DNA of 49,348 nt, from contig CAVXAT010000018.1 of the NCBI GenBank assembly GCA_963759805.1, positions 1-49,348 on the forward strand. Reading direction: 5' to 3'. Positions 39,127 through 49,168 of the stretch are shown here, one piece after another (within the stretch, counting starts at the first letter, position 1; every line of letters starts with the position of its first letter). The position numbers were made by a program, and so were the translations under genes. Source of the DNA: an uncultured bacterium. GTDB lineage: Bacteria > Babelota > Babeliae > Babelales > RVW-14. Below the pieces are notes generated by a model. It was not told the DNA's origin. It saw only the letters and a list, made by a program, of their open reading frames with translations, and ran no database searches.

Positions 39127-39771
39127 CTAATGCAATTTTTTCAATTTTGACAACAATTTACGATCTTTTTTGGACAGTTTTAACGGGGAACTCTTTCGCT
39201 TATCCCCCCTATCCAAATCAACATCATCCTCTTTACTCAGGAAAAAGCTGGACTGCTCCATCATCAGGTCAAGCGCATGTTTATCAACTTTCTTACTCTC
39301 GAACGCATCGTCTTCCTGGTCATATTTTTCAACAACACTAACAATTGGGGACTCGCGAGTTGAAAACTCTTGCGCAGCCTCTTCAAGCAGAAAACTCTGC
39401 ATAAGTCCGTAAAAATCAAGGCTGCTCAAAGTAGTAGCGCCTGCCTTTTCGCATGCTTGGATAATTTTACGATCCATCGTCACAACAAGCAAATCTTCGT
39501 TCTTGTGAGTGTCGGCATACTCAATTATCCAGTCATCTGCTGTACTTCTTTGTCCGGAAAACATTACAACAACACCTTCATGAACTTCACGGGTTGCATG
39601 TCCAAATGGACCGGCGTCAAAAACAACAATTATCTCTTTAATCTCTTTGGATTTTTTATTTTTATAATATCCAAGCTGCCTTATAAAGGCGTTTCTCTCT
39701 TTATCTATCCGCCCCTTTACATGCGGAAAAATCTGTTTCAGAAGATTATACCCGTCTATTATAACAACCAT
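39127..39771 (-). CDS. NYN-domain ribonuclease (YacP/Rae1-like)
   Basis: IIDGYNLL, VVFDA, TADDWI, VVTMDR. Confidence 0.85.
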   Translation of the reverse strand: MVVIIDGYNLLKQIFPHVKGRIDKERNAFIRQLGYYKNKKSKEIKEIIVVFDAGPFGHATREVHEGVVVMFSGQRSTADDWIIEYADTHKNEDLLVVTMDRKIIQACEKAGATTLSSLDFYGLMQSFLLEEAAQEFSTRESPIVSVVEKYDQEDDAFESKKVDKHALDLMMEQSSFFLSKEDDVDLDRGDKRKSSPLKLSKKDRKLLSKLKKLH

Positions 39772-39932
39772 TAATTTTCCTTAAAAACCATCAATTTCCC
39801 TTAAATTGGTTAATTTAATTTATTTTTAGTCTAATCATTCCTTTTTTTAATTCCAAGTGTTAGCATTGTTTTATTGATTCTTACTTTTAAATATTGGGAA
39901 AATACAATAAATTTAGAATAGTGGAGAATAAA

Positions 39933-40796
39933 GTGTCAAAACAGATCCAATTAAAGCAGAAGATAAAATCCATTCAAACAACCAAAAAAATAACGAATGC
40001 CATTCGACAAGTTTCAATGTCACTGTACTCCAAGCTTGAACACAACGCCCCTGCCGTTCGTAATTATACTCAAAATTTAAAAGCCCTCTTCACCGAACTT
40101 GTTTGCTACGATCAAACCTGGCAAAATACGTTGCTGTTCCCCCAAAACCCTACTCCAAACCCTTTAATTGTAATCGTCGCAACCTCAAAGGGCCTGTGCG
40201 GCGGACTAAATTCAAATCTCTTTAAATACGTCGAAAAAGAGATTGCGACAAGAAACTATTCCAATGCTAAGTTTATAACAGTAGGAAACAAAGCCCCTGC
40301 TTACCTCAAGGATAGAGATTGGGGAGAGCCGGTGCTACATTACAATGATTTTAGTTTGAACAACTATATCGCAATCACAAATGACCTAATAACCAAATTT
40401 ATGGATGCACCGGGTCCATTCACATCAATTACGTTTTTTTATAATGAATCCAAATCATTTTTCGCACAAAGACCCACTAATTTTCAGCTCGTACCGCTCC
40501 AAATTAATTCAGAAATGGCAAATCGCAGGGTACACAAGGAGTTAATTTGGGAACAAAATACAAATGACACTCTGGATTACGTTTCAATCAGGTACATCAA
40601 GGGGCAGATTCTTTTTATGCTGTTCCAAGCGCTTATTTCAGAATATTCAGCACGTTTTGTAGCAATGGACAGCTCCACGACCAACGCCGACAAGTTCATT
40701 GAAAGACTGACACTGCAGTACAATAAAATGCGCCAGGGTGAGATTACAAGAGAGGTTTCAGAGCTTTGCGCAGGATTTATGGACAAAAACTCATAA
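39933..40796 (+). CDS. atpG: ATP synthase F1 gamma subunit (stand-alone)
   Basis: KIKSIQTTKKITNA, KGLCGGLN, SEYSARFVAMDSSTTNA, YNKMRQGEITRE; GTG start after GGAG. Confidence 0.93.
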   Translation: MSKQIQLKQKIKSIQTTKKITNAIRQVSMSLYSKLEHNAPAVRNYTQNLKALFTELVCYDQTWQNTLLFPQNPTPNPLIVIVATSKGLCGGLNSNLFKYVEKEIATRNYSNAKFITVGNKAPAYLKDRDWGEPVLHYNDFSLNNYIAITNDLITKFMDAPGPFTSITFFYNESKSFFAQRPTNFQLVPLQINSEMANRRVHKELIWEQNTNDTLDYVSIRYIKGQILFMLFQALISEYSARFVAMDSSTTNADKFIERLTLQYNKMRQGEITREVSELCAGFMDKNS

Positions 40797-40874
40797 TTTC
40801 TCGGCAAATTCTATTTATTTTCGCATATTTGTCCCAAAACTTTGATCCAATCAAATCTTTGCTATACTTAAAGC

Positions 40875-42872
40875 ATGAAATTTATTAATGAAAAATTCAA
40901 ATTAAATTCCCCGTACAAACCTAGTGGCGACCAGCCCGATGCTATAGAACAACTCTGTAAAAATCGCCCGGGCAGATCTGTGCTGCTGGGCGCAACCGGG
41001 TCGGGTAAAACTTTTACACTAGCCAACGTTATTGCGCAGCAAAACAAGCCGGTTCTGATTTTATCCCCAAACAAAACACTGGCCGCGCAGCTTTATGAAG
41101 AGTTCAGCCTGTTTTTTCCACAGAACAAAGTCTGTTACTTCGTCAGTTATTACGATTACTACCAACCGGAATCGTATCTCCCCTCACAAGATATTTACAT
41201 CCCAAAAGAGACGAAGGTAAACACCGAGATTGAACGCCTGCGCGTTGAAGCCACGGCATCAATTATCAATCGCAACGACACCATTATTATCGCGTCGGTC
41301 TCTGCAATTTACTCCCTTGGTAACCCGTGGGATTACCGCAAATTAACGCTCCAACTCAAAGTTGGGGATAAATTTTCACGCAAAAAATTAATCGATGAAC
41401 TTATCTTCATTCAGTACAGGCGAAACGACATGCAAAACGCATCTGGCAACTTCAGGGTTACGGGCAACACAATCACAATTAATCTTCCATACATGCACGA
41501 CAATTTACACCTTGAACTTTTCGGCGATAAAATCGAATCTATTGAACTGATCGATAAACATAATCAAAAAGTTTTGACAGAGCTTGATAACGTTTTAATT
41601 TTTCCGGCCAAGCACTTTTTGACAACTCAAGACAAGCGAGATGCAGCAATTAAACTGATCAAAGCAGATCTTGAAATCGAAGCTGCAAAGATAGAAAATC
41701 CTCTGTATCGCGAAAGATTAATTACCCGAACCAATCACGACATCGAAATGCTGGAAGAGACTGGATACTGCACTGGCATTGAAAACTACTCGCGCTACTT
41801 TGACGGTCGCAAACCGGGAGAAGCGCCCTACCCTCTTTTTGATTTCTTTGACAGAGAATTTTTGTTAATTATAGACGAATCGCACGTCGCAATTCCACAG
41901 TTGCATGGAATGTACAAAGGCGACCGTGCACGTAAACAGGCACTTATCGACTTTGGCTTCAGATTGCCGGCAGCTTATGATAACAGGCCACTGAAATTTG
42001 AAGAGATAGAGAAATATTTTAAAGATGTTATCTTTGTCTCCGCAACTCCAAGCGAATATGAATTAAAAAGTGCAGATCTGGTTGCCGAACAGATTGTCCG
42101 CCCAACAGGAATTATCGATCCACAAATTGAGGTCGTCAAACGTCAAGGTATTAATGGCGAGGGCCAGCTAACTCATCTAATCAATCAAATTAAAAAAACA
42201 TCTGACAACGGCTTTAGAACACTTGTAACAGTTTTAACAAAAAAAGCGGCCGAGGATCTGGCGCAGTATCTTGAAAATCAACAGATCAAAGTCTGTTACA
42301 TGCACAGTGACATCAAAACCCCACAACGAACAGAACTTATTCACAAACTCCGTGCAGGTGTTTTTGATTGCCTGGTGGGTATCAACCTTCTGCGCGAGGG
42401 CTTAGACATCCCCGAAGTTGCACTGGTTGCAATCATGGATGCTGACATGCAAGGTTTTTTACGTAACGCTCGATCACTTATTCAAACAATAGGACGCGCC
42501 GCACGTAACATAGAGGGCAAAGTTATATTTTACGCCGACCGTATAACAGGCTCAATGCAGAATGCAATCGACGAAACAAATCGTCGTCGCAAAATCCAAA
42601 GCCAATACAATCAGACACACAACATCACGCCTGAATCAGTTACACGTGAAGTGGGGAAAAGTATATCCAAACTTCAAGAACGTATCATGCAGGCTTCCAA
42701 ACACAAGCCTAAAACAAAAATTTCAGCTAAACCCAAAACCATCGAAGAAGCCAAAATTCTCATCGAACAGTTTGAAGAAGAAATGCGCCTGGCGGCAGAA
42801 AATCTGGACTTCGAGAAGGCAATCGCACTACGCGATAAGATCTTGGAGCTCAGAAAAGCAGTTGGCGAATAA
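40875..42872 (+). CDS. uvrB: Excinuclease ABC subunit B
   Basis: GATGSGKT, YFVSYYDYYQPESY, DESH, GINLLREGLD, QTIGRAAR, FEKAIALRD. Confidence 0.98.
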   Translation: MKFINEKFKLNSPYKPSGDQPDAIEQLCKNRPGRSVLLGATGSGKTFTLANVIAQQNKPVLILSPNKTLAAQLYEEFSLFFPQNKVCYFVSYYDYYQPESYLPSQDIYIPKETKVNTEIERLRVEATASIINRNDTIIIASVSAIYSLGNPWDYRKLTLQLKVGDKFSRKKLIDELIFIQYRRNDMQNASGNFRVTGNTITINLPYMHDNLHLELFGDKIESIELIDKHNQKVLTELDNVLIFPAKHFLTTQDKRDAAIKLIKADLEIEAAKIENPLYRERLITRTNHDIEMLEETGYCTGIENYSRYFDGRKPGEAPYPLFDFFDREFLLIIDESHVAIPQLHGMYKGDRARKQALIDFGFRLPAAYDNRPLKFEEIEKYFKDVIFVSATPSEYELKSADLVAEQIVRPTGIIDPQIEVVKRQGINGEGQLTHLINQIKKTSDNGFRTLVTVLTKKAAEDLAQYLENQQIKVCYMHSDIKTPQRTELIHKLRAGVFDCLVGINLLREGLDIPEVALVAIMDADMQGFLRNARSLIQTIGRAARNIEGKVIFYADRITGSMQNAIDETNRRRKIQSQYNQTHNITPESVTREVGKSISKLQERIMQASKHKPKTKISAKPKTIEEAKILIEQFEEEMRLAAENLDFEKAIALRDKILELRKAVGE

Positions 42873-42977
42873 ATTATTTACCGAAAAATATTATTGTTGA
42901 CCATTTTTATGCCAACCGCGTAATATATTTAATTATAAAATTTTGGCGTTTGTATTATCTCAGAAGGGAGAAAGTTA

Positions 42978-43478
42978 ATGGAAAAAAATTGTTATCTAGG
43001 AAGTTGTTATTTGGTTGGATTTTACATTTTTTCGTGTATGTCGTTAAATGCTGCAACTGGCGGAATTCTGATCCGGAGCGAGAAATACGGTGGTATAGTT
43101 GGATACTGTTTACACTTTAAGCATTCATCAGAACAAAAATATAAAAAATTAATAGACAGATGCCTTGAGCAAGAAATGTTTATAGCTCTAACTTGGGCAC
43201 AAAAGCAAGATAGCGATCATAATATGTTGTTTGATATCACGGGAAGAACCGCTAGGAATAAGGGTTTTTGGGCTATAATTGTAGCGAAGAAAAGCGAAAA
43301 ATCTTTTGATTTGAGGCTTGGCTATGGAGATACCAAACGCGCGGCTATACAAGATGCAGCTTTCGATTATGACCGAATATACCCATTTGATGTTATTTCT
43401 ACAGGATACTTTGACGTATCCCAAGAGGGGGCAGAAAATTTCGCCAGGCATGTTGCTTGGGGCGATCTAGACTATTAG
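42978..43478 (+). CDS. Hypothetical, probably secreted protein
   Basis: GGGAG RBS, 166 aa, hydrophobic N-terminus ending LNA; TTGACC-18-TAATAT upstream. Confidence 0.65.
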   Translation: MEKNCYLGSCYLVGFYIFSCMSLNAATGGILIRSEKYGGIVGYCLHFKHSSEQKYKKLIDRCLEQEMFIALTWAQKQDSDHNMLFDITGRTARNKGFWAIIVAKKSEKSFDLRLGYGDTKRAAIQDAAFDYDRIYPFDVISTGYFDVSQEGAENFARHVAWGDLDY

Positions 43479-43529
43479 TAGGTACTAGAACGTTAGCATA
43501 AATTGTTATAACGTAAGATGGTTATCCTT

Positions 43530-43745
43530 TTAAGCTTTTCTTACAAACTCCCAAATCACACGACCCTTGCAGGTTCGGCATGGAGGGAATGTAGCTCCCT
43601 TGGTAAGAGGAATCTCCCTTTGTTCTTCAGAGTGGCAACTCTCTTTGCCTTTGCAATCCCTATCCTTCAACCGATAAATCCCAGATTCTGGGCAAATCTC
43701 CCCAATGTGAAAAATATCACCCCTTTTAAGCACCTTAAACATCAC
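43530..43745 (-). CDS. YjzC-like small zinc-ribbon protein
   Basis: GEICPESGIY...G.TFPPC..C....W; AAGGAG RBS. Confidence 0.75.
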   Translation of the reverse strand: MMFKVLKRGDIFHIGEICPESGIYRLKDRDCKGKESCHSEEQREIPLTKGATFPPCRTCKGRVIWEFVRKA

Positions 43746-43893
43746 TCTCTCCTTTTTATTAAATCCCGTAATTAAACCTTGAAATAACCCATTGCTGTCA
43801 TTAATTTATCACGAAATAATCGACACTTAAAAGAATTTGAAAAAATAAGAAATAATGAATTCGGGAATGGCCTGCAGATCGAGATTTTGAATA

Positions 43894-44026
43894 CGCTATG
43901 TAATTCCAGTTACATAACGCCTCATTTTTCAGCCCGTTATGTAAGTCTATTTACACAACGTTGCATTTTACCACCCGTTATGTAATTCTATTTACATAAC
44001 ACATTATTTTTAGGTTTGTTATGTAA
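43894..44026. repeat. 41-bp-period array of 26-bp palindromes (3.5 units) upstream of the Fic gene
   Basis: CGTTATGTAA-N6-TTACATAACG-like units start at 43894, 43935 and 43976, half-unit at 44017; 15-nt linkers. Confidence 0.88.
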
Positions 44027-44048
44027 ACGCAGGTAAATAAGGAAATTT

Positions 44049-45197
44049 ATGAAACGAAGTGGAAATTTTATAACTCAACCGACAAATTATAAAGCTTTCA
44101 TCCCATCAAAACTCCCTCCAGTTCCCGCTATAAATATTGACGCAGAGATGCAGGAGCTGTTGCAGGATGCAACGATGTTACTAGCAAGACTTGATGGAAC
44201 TGCCTACACTTTGCCAAATCCAGAGCTTTTCATAACCATGTATGTTAAAAAGGAGGCCTTACTCAGTGCACAAATTGAAGGCACTCAAGCCTCTTTGGAA
44301 GATATTTTTGAATTCGAACGTGGTGGGATAAAACCTGAAAATATCAATGACGTTACCAAAGTTATAAATTATATAAAAGCATTGAATTACGGAATGAAGC
44401 GCTTAGCAGAAATTCCAATGAGCCTAAAATTAATCAAGGAGCTGCACTCACTGCTATTAAAAGGCACAAGAGGTGCAGAAAAAACGCCTGGCGAGTTTAA
44501 AAAATCGCAAAACTGGATCGGTGCAGCCGGATGCACTTTAAATACTGCCGCCTTTGTTCCACCTCCTCCTAAAGAAACACTAAAGGCGATGGGCGACCTT
44601 GAAATTTACATGAACAATAAATCAACTCTGCCGGGATTGATTAACTGCGCATTAATTCACTATCAATTCGAAACAATTCACCCATTTTTAGATGGCAATG
44701 GAAGATTGGGAAGATTGTTAATCACCTATTATTTATACTGGAAAGATGTACTAAAAAAACCATTACTGTACATGAGTTATTATCTTAAAAAAAATAGGCA
44801 AGAGTACTATGATCGTTTAACACTAGTCAGAAAAAATGATGATTACGAGCAGTGGATCAAATTTTTCTTAAAAGGAATAATAGAGACCTCTCAGTCTGCA
44901 ATTGAAAACACGAGAAAAATCTTGGATCTGAAAGAACATCATCAGAAACTACTTCTAAAAAGCAAAGTACCAACTTTAACAAAAGTTCTGCTCTTAGATA
45001 AGCTTTTTCACACGCCGGTAATAAATATCAATGAAATTCAAGATGAATTCAAAATATCACATCAATCTGCATCCAGACTTTTAAGCGATTTTGAAAAAAT
45101 TGGAATATTAAAAGAAATTACAGGGAAAAAACGAGATAGAAAATTTGCTTACGCTGATTATCTGGAGATCCTATCCGAAGGAACAAAGCCTCTGTGA
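44049..45197 (+). CDS. Class II Fic protein (AMPylase) with C-terminal HTH
   Basis: Catalytic HPFLDGNGRLGR, N-terminal inhibitory SAQIEG, C-terminal wHTH-like ISHQSASRLL..FEKIGILKE. Confidence 0.93.
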   Translation: MKRSGNFITQPTNYKAFIPSKLPPVPAINIDAEMQELLQDATMLLARLDGTAYTLPNPELFITMYVKKEALLSAQIEGTQASLEDIFEFERGGIKPENINDVTKVINYIKALNYGMKRLAEIPMSLKLIKELHSLLLKGTRGAEKTPGEFKKSQNWIGAAGCTLNTAAFVPPPPKETLKAMGDLEIYMNNKSTLPGLINCALIHYQFETIHPFLDGNGRLGRLLITYYLYWKDVLKKPLLYMSYYLKKNRQEYYDRLTLVRKNDDYEQWIKFFLKGIIETSQSAIENTRKILDLKEHHQKLLLKSKVPTLTKVLLLDKLFHTPVININEIQDEFKISHQSASRLLSDFEKIGILKEITGKKRDRKFAYADYLEILSEGTKPL

Positions 45198-45215
45198 TAG
45201 TTTAGCAGCGTTGAT

Positions 45216-46964
45216 CTATTTATTAGGCTTAAGTTCATAATATTTTCCATTAAAAATCTTCCCCACAACCTTTATATCTTTCAGTCTCATTGGATCAACA
45301 AGCAATGGATTCTCTGCAAGGATAGTAAAATCTGCCTTCTTGCCAGTCTTGATGCTACCAATTTCATCCTCCAGATTAATTGTATAAGCCGCGTCAATTG
45401 TAATAGCACGCAATGCCTGATAAACAGAGATTCTTTCTTCCGGACCTAAAACTTTACCCGAAATCTGTCCAACTCGATTAACTGCAACCCATGCGTTGAA
45501 AAGCGGATTTGATGGTGCCATTGGAAAATCAGAATGCAACGAGATAGTTACGCCCTGCGTAACAAAAGTTTTTGCACTACTGATATGCTCAGCTTTTTGG
45601 GCACCCAAACCATGTTTTGAGTAAATATCTCCAAGCGCACGCATATAATACGGTAATAGTGACCCACAAATGCCAAGCTCTTTAATTTTTTTTATCTGAT
45701 CAGGTCTTACATATCCAAGGTGATGCAATGTAACTCGGCTAGTTGAATTAGGATAATTTTTTTTAAGATCATCATAAACTGAAAGAATATAATCCAATCC
45801 ATCATCTCCATTAACATGAACATGCATTGGATACTCTTTTTGCCAAAAGGTTGCGGCCATTTCTTTGAGTTCTTCAGGCGGCGTGATCCATTCACCTTGG
45901 TGCCCATCGGTATATCCACCTTTCATGCGCATCAACTGCGCAAAAAACGCACCATCAACAAATAACTTTACCTGCTTTGTGTATTTTAGATTAATGCCAC
46001 TTTTCCTTGATTGCTCGTCAATATACTTAATTGCTGCTTTCCTTCCGCTTTGTTCAAAAGCAAGACGAGGTTCTGCAACCATGTATGTTCGAAACGGAAT
46101 GTCCGGGGCATCAATTATTTCACGAAATAGCGTAATTTGTTCTTTGTTAAATCCATCAACCGCCAACATATCAGCAACAGTAGTAATACCGTTATTATGC
46201 AGATATTCAACACTTTTTCTAAGCGCCTTTCCCCATCGATCACCCGACAAAATTACATTGAGCAGCTTGGGAAGAAGAATTTCTTTGACAGGTGACTCAA
46301 CGAAATATCCTTTGCTGAAATCAATCATAGAATTATCTCTGGTATTTTCTGCAGTAAATCCCATCTCCTTTAAAGCTTTGCCATTCAAAAAAGCCTCATG
46401 CCCCGAACGTTGAAGAAGTATGATCGGACGTGTCGATGAAATTTTTTCTAACTCATCCCTGCCTATTTTCCCATGGAAATAGCTGGCATATCCAAAAGCA
46501 ACTAACCATTCCTGTGGATCTTCCAGTGCCGCTTCCGCTTTTTTCAGTTCAGCCATAAATGATTTATGATTAATGACCGGCTTTGTTTTAATTTCAGAGA
46601 GTCCCCAATCTTCATCGGCACGGATATTTGTCATGTAATAAAAGGAGCCGGCCAAGGCATGATGAATATGCGGATCAATAAAACCAGGCAACATGGTTTT
46701 ACCCTGCAAATCAATAAGTTTTGTTTGTGCATTTTTATACTTAAATGCATCTTGTTGCGAGCCAACAAAAATTATTTTATCTCCACGCAATGCTACAGCC
46801 ACAACATAGTTTGGATTATCCCCCGCCCCTTCCATTGTAATAATTGATCCATCATAAATTATGGTGTCAGCCTTTTTTTGAAAACAAAAAATATAAGTCA
46901 AATATACAGATGCAATTGCAAGAATTGCTGCTACCAAGGTTACTTTTACGCCATAATTTTTCAT
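45216..46964 (-). CDS. YtcJ-like amidohydrolase with N-terminal anchor
   Basis: PGFIDPHIH, SGH, KLFVDGA, HVNGD, HSDFP, GSIKTGKKADF. Confidence 0.9.
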   Translation of the reverse strand: MKNYGVKVTLVAAILAIASVYLTYIFCFQKKADTIIYDGSIITMEGAGDNPNYVVAVALRGDKIIFVGSQQDAFKYKNAQTKLIDLQGKTMLPGFIDPHIHHALAGSFYYMTNIRADEDWGLSEIKTKPVINHKSFMAELKKAEAALEDPQEWLVAFGYASYFHGKIGRDELEKISSTRPIILLQRSGHEAFLNGKALKEMGFTAENTRDNSMIDFSKGYFVESPVKEILLPKLLNVILSGDRWGKALRKSVEYLHNNGITTVADMLAVDGFNKEQITLFREIIDAPDIPFRTYMVAEPRLAFEQSGRKAAIKYIDEQSRKSGINLKYTKQVKLFVDGAFFAQLMRMKGGYTDGHQGEWITPPEELKEMAATFWQKEYPMHVHVNGDDGLDYILSVYDDLKKNYPNSTSRVTLHHLGYVRPDQIKKIKELGICGSLLPYYMRALGDIYSKHGLGAQKAEHISSAKTFVTQGVTISLHSDFPMAPSNPLFNAWVAVNRVGQISGKVLGPEERISVYQALRAITIDAAYTINLEDEIGSIKTGKKADFTILAENPLLVDPMRLKDIKVVGKIFNGKYYELKPNK

Positions 46965-46981
46965 AATTTTTCACCTATGCC

Positions 46982-47458
46982 CTAATCCCAAAAAGAAAAC
47001 CCTGCAGGACTAAATTCCTGACTAGACTTAAGACAGGATCCTTGTTGTGGCAAAACTCCGTCAAGTTTTTCCGTCAATATTTGTGCAATGTTATCCAGAC
47101 CAGAACATATTTCTTGGAAAATTTCCATAACTATATCTGAATATTGAACCGAAAGGTTTAAATCCTCCATTTGGGTTGTAATGAAGGCTTTCACCTTATT
47201 AACAGCAGATAGGGCTGCTTTAAAATATGATTCATTTTGTTGGTCACCATCCAAAACACGAAGTGCTTCTTTGGCATTCACAAAAGACACTAAATTTAAG
47301 AGATATCCGAAATTGTTTCGACTCAAGGGACTTTCAACCTTCTCAGAAAACATATGTTGGTATTTGTCAAGCTGGTGTGTCATGGCAAAGCTTTTTGATA
47401 CCACTAAAATCACAAAAACGATCAGCCCAAAGATTATTTTTTGTCCAACATAAATCAT
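46982..47458 (-). CDS. Hypothetical secreted protein
   Basis: 158 aa, signal peptide ending SFA, AGGGG RBS. Confidence 0.7.
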   Translation of the reverse strand: MIYVGQKIIFGLIVFVILVVSKSFAMTHQLDKYQHMFSEKVESPLSRNNFGYLLNLVSFVNAKEALRVLDGDQQNESYFKAALSAVNKVKAFITTQMEDLNLSVQYSDIVMEIFQEICSGLDNIAQILTEKLDGVLPQQGSCLKSSQEFSPAGFSFWD

Positions 47459-47658
47459 ATTATATCCCCTAAAATTTTAATTGATATTCAAAACTACTAC
47501 TCCATATTATTTTACAAGACCAATTATTTTTGCAAGAAAATAAAATTCGATATTGATTATTAGAATTCCATGCACACAGAATCAAGTTTGCAGGATGACA
47601 AACTGAAGATCAGTAAGCCAACAATTACAATGCCATCCTGAAACTCATCGAATTCGCG

Positions 47659-48156
47659 CTACTTACAACAAAGTTCCAAATCTTCAAATAACATTACCAA
47701 ATCTTGCTCGTGTTCAACCTCATCTTCAAGAATTTTGGTAATTATATTTGCTGTAACAAAATCCTTGCAGTGTAACTCACTCAAGAGAGAGTTGTAGAAT
47801 TTGATGGCGCACTGCTCGCCTTTTATATTCTCTTGCAAAATAACCTTTGAGCTTTCAGATTTTACTGCATTATATTTGCAAGCACCAAATTTCTCCCATT
47901 CACTTGGAAGCATTTTCACAACTCCACCAAGCTGAATAATGCGATCTGTTATCATCTGTGCATGCTTTAACTCCTCACCGGCATGCTCCATCAGTTCTGC
48001 AGTAATAGCAGTACGCATAACACCTTTTGCAATCTGTGCCCCAAGCCAGTACTGATAGTAAGCGGACCATTCATCCGCAAAAGCTGTATGCAATTTTTTC
48101 AATAAATCCTTTGCATCAACATCAATAATCTCTTTTCCAGCTAATTTTATAGCCAT
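47659..48156 (-). CDS. Ferritin-like protein (DPS-like / bacterioferritin-related)
   Basis: ADEWSAYYQYW, EELKHA, RIIQLGG, EQCAI..Y, DEVEHEQDL di-iron ligands. Confidence 0.88.
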   Translation of the reverse strand: MAIKLAGKEIIDVDAKDLLKKLHTAFADEWSAYYQYWLGAQIAKGVMRTAITAELMEHAGEELKHAQMITDRIIQLGGVVKMLPSEWEKFGACKYNAVKSESSKVILQENIKGEQCAIKFYNSLLSELHCKDFVTANIITKILEDEVEHEQDLVMLFEDLELCCK

Positions 48157-48359
48157 CTTTTCCCCTTCTACTATTAAAATATTTCAAAATTAAACATGTT
48201 TCAAAGTTACATTTTTTTTGTCACTTTGAAAACACTCGATTTTATGCAGCTTTAAAAGCATAATTTTGAGTTAAATCTCAAAAAATTGCATCCAATCACA
48301 CTTTAATGCCAAAATAATTTTAAAGGGCGTATAAATCTTATCTTTAAACGGGGGGAGTT

Positions 48360-48842
48360 ATGGATAAACAGGGATTTTCACTAATTGAACTTATGATTGT
48401 TGTCGCAATCATCGCATTTTTAGCAACCATCTCAGTACCACAGTATCTGAAATATCAAGCAAAGGCTCGTCAGGCAGAGGTAGCAGTAAATCTTGCCTCA
48501 TTGCACACCGCCATGCAGGCATACTTTATTGAACACGGAAGCTACACAAACGTCTTGAACGGAGAAGGGGGAATAGGCTGGAAACCTGAGGGCTACGCCG
48601 GCGGTGGTAAAACCGAAAATTTTTATTATACCTACGGCTTTAATTTTGCGGGCGCACAGGAAGGAGTCCACTACTTCACAGGAAAGCTTGAAACTCCAAA
48701 AGATAGTTTGGGCCAAAGTTCAGCCGAAAATGGACACTTTTTAGTCAGAGCCGCAGGAGACGTTTATGGAAAAGGAAAATCGGATGTTTGGACTATGGAT
48801 GAAAGCCGCAAACTGGTGCATGAGGTCGATGGTTTGGAGTAA
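48360..48842 (+). CDS. Type IV pilin (PilA/PilE-like)
   Basis: Prepilin motif QG|FSLIELMIVVAIIAFLA..VPQY, KARQAE. Confidence 0.93.
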   Translation: MDKQGFSLIELMIVVAIIAFLATISVPQYLKYQAKARQAEVAVNLASLHTAMQAYFIEHGSYTNVLNGEGGIGWKPEGYAGGGKTENFYYTYGFNFAGAQEGVHYFTGKLETPKDSLGQSSAENGHFLVRAAGDVYGKGKSDVWTMDESRKLVHEVDGLE

Positions 48843-48942
48843 TAAGAAATAGGGCTTATTTTCCCCAAAAAATTCATTTTCCCCTTGCATTATCTGCCGC
48901 ATCTGGCAAAATATATTTACTCAAATGAAATCTATTTCAGTT

Positions 48943-49020
48943 GGGGCTGTAGCTCAGTTTGGTTAGAGCGTCCGCCTGTCACGCGGAAGGTCGCGAGTTC
49001 GAGCCTCGTCAGCCCCGCCA
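48943..49020 (+). tRNA. tRNA-Asp (GTC)
   Basis: Cloverleaf, anticodon arm TCCGC-CTGTCAC-GCGGA, encoded CCA. Confidence 0.95.
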
Positions 49021-49140
49021 TTCTTCGCCAAGGCTTCGAATGGCAAGCCAGTCGGTTCAAGGAAGTTAGCTCTCAACAAGTTAGAAACTTTGATATTTAC
49101 AGGCGAAGAATGCTCTTCGAAACTTTATGCGAAGAAGAGC
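49021..49140 (+). repeat. tRNA-3'-linked REP-like hairpin plus an inverted related copy
   Basis: TTCTTCGCCAAGGCTTCGAATGGCAAGCCA (49021-49050); GCTCTTCGAAACTTTATGCGAAGAAGAGC (49112-49140). Confidence 0.65.
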
Positions 49141-49168
49141 CAGTCTTTTTAGAAAATAAACCATTTTT

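Noticed and set aside
43894..44026. Array as a CRISPR locus or dif site
   Set aside because: Linkers are only 15 nt and resemble each other, and there are no cas genes. TTATG/CATAA half-sites recall Xer arms but face the wrong way around the 6-bp core.
45865..46413. 182-aa plus-strand ORF and other short overlapping ORFs in the track
   Set aside because: Antisense or off-frame shadows of well-supported genes, with no motifs or RBS.
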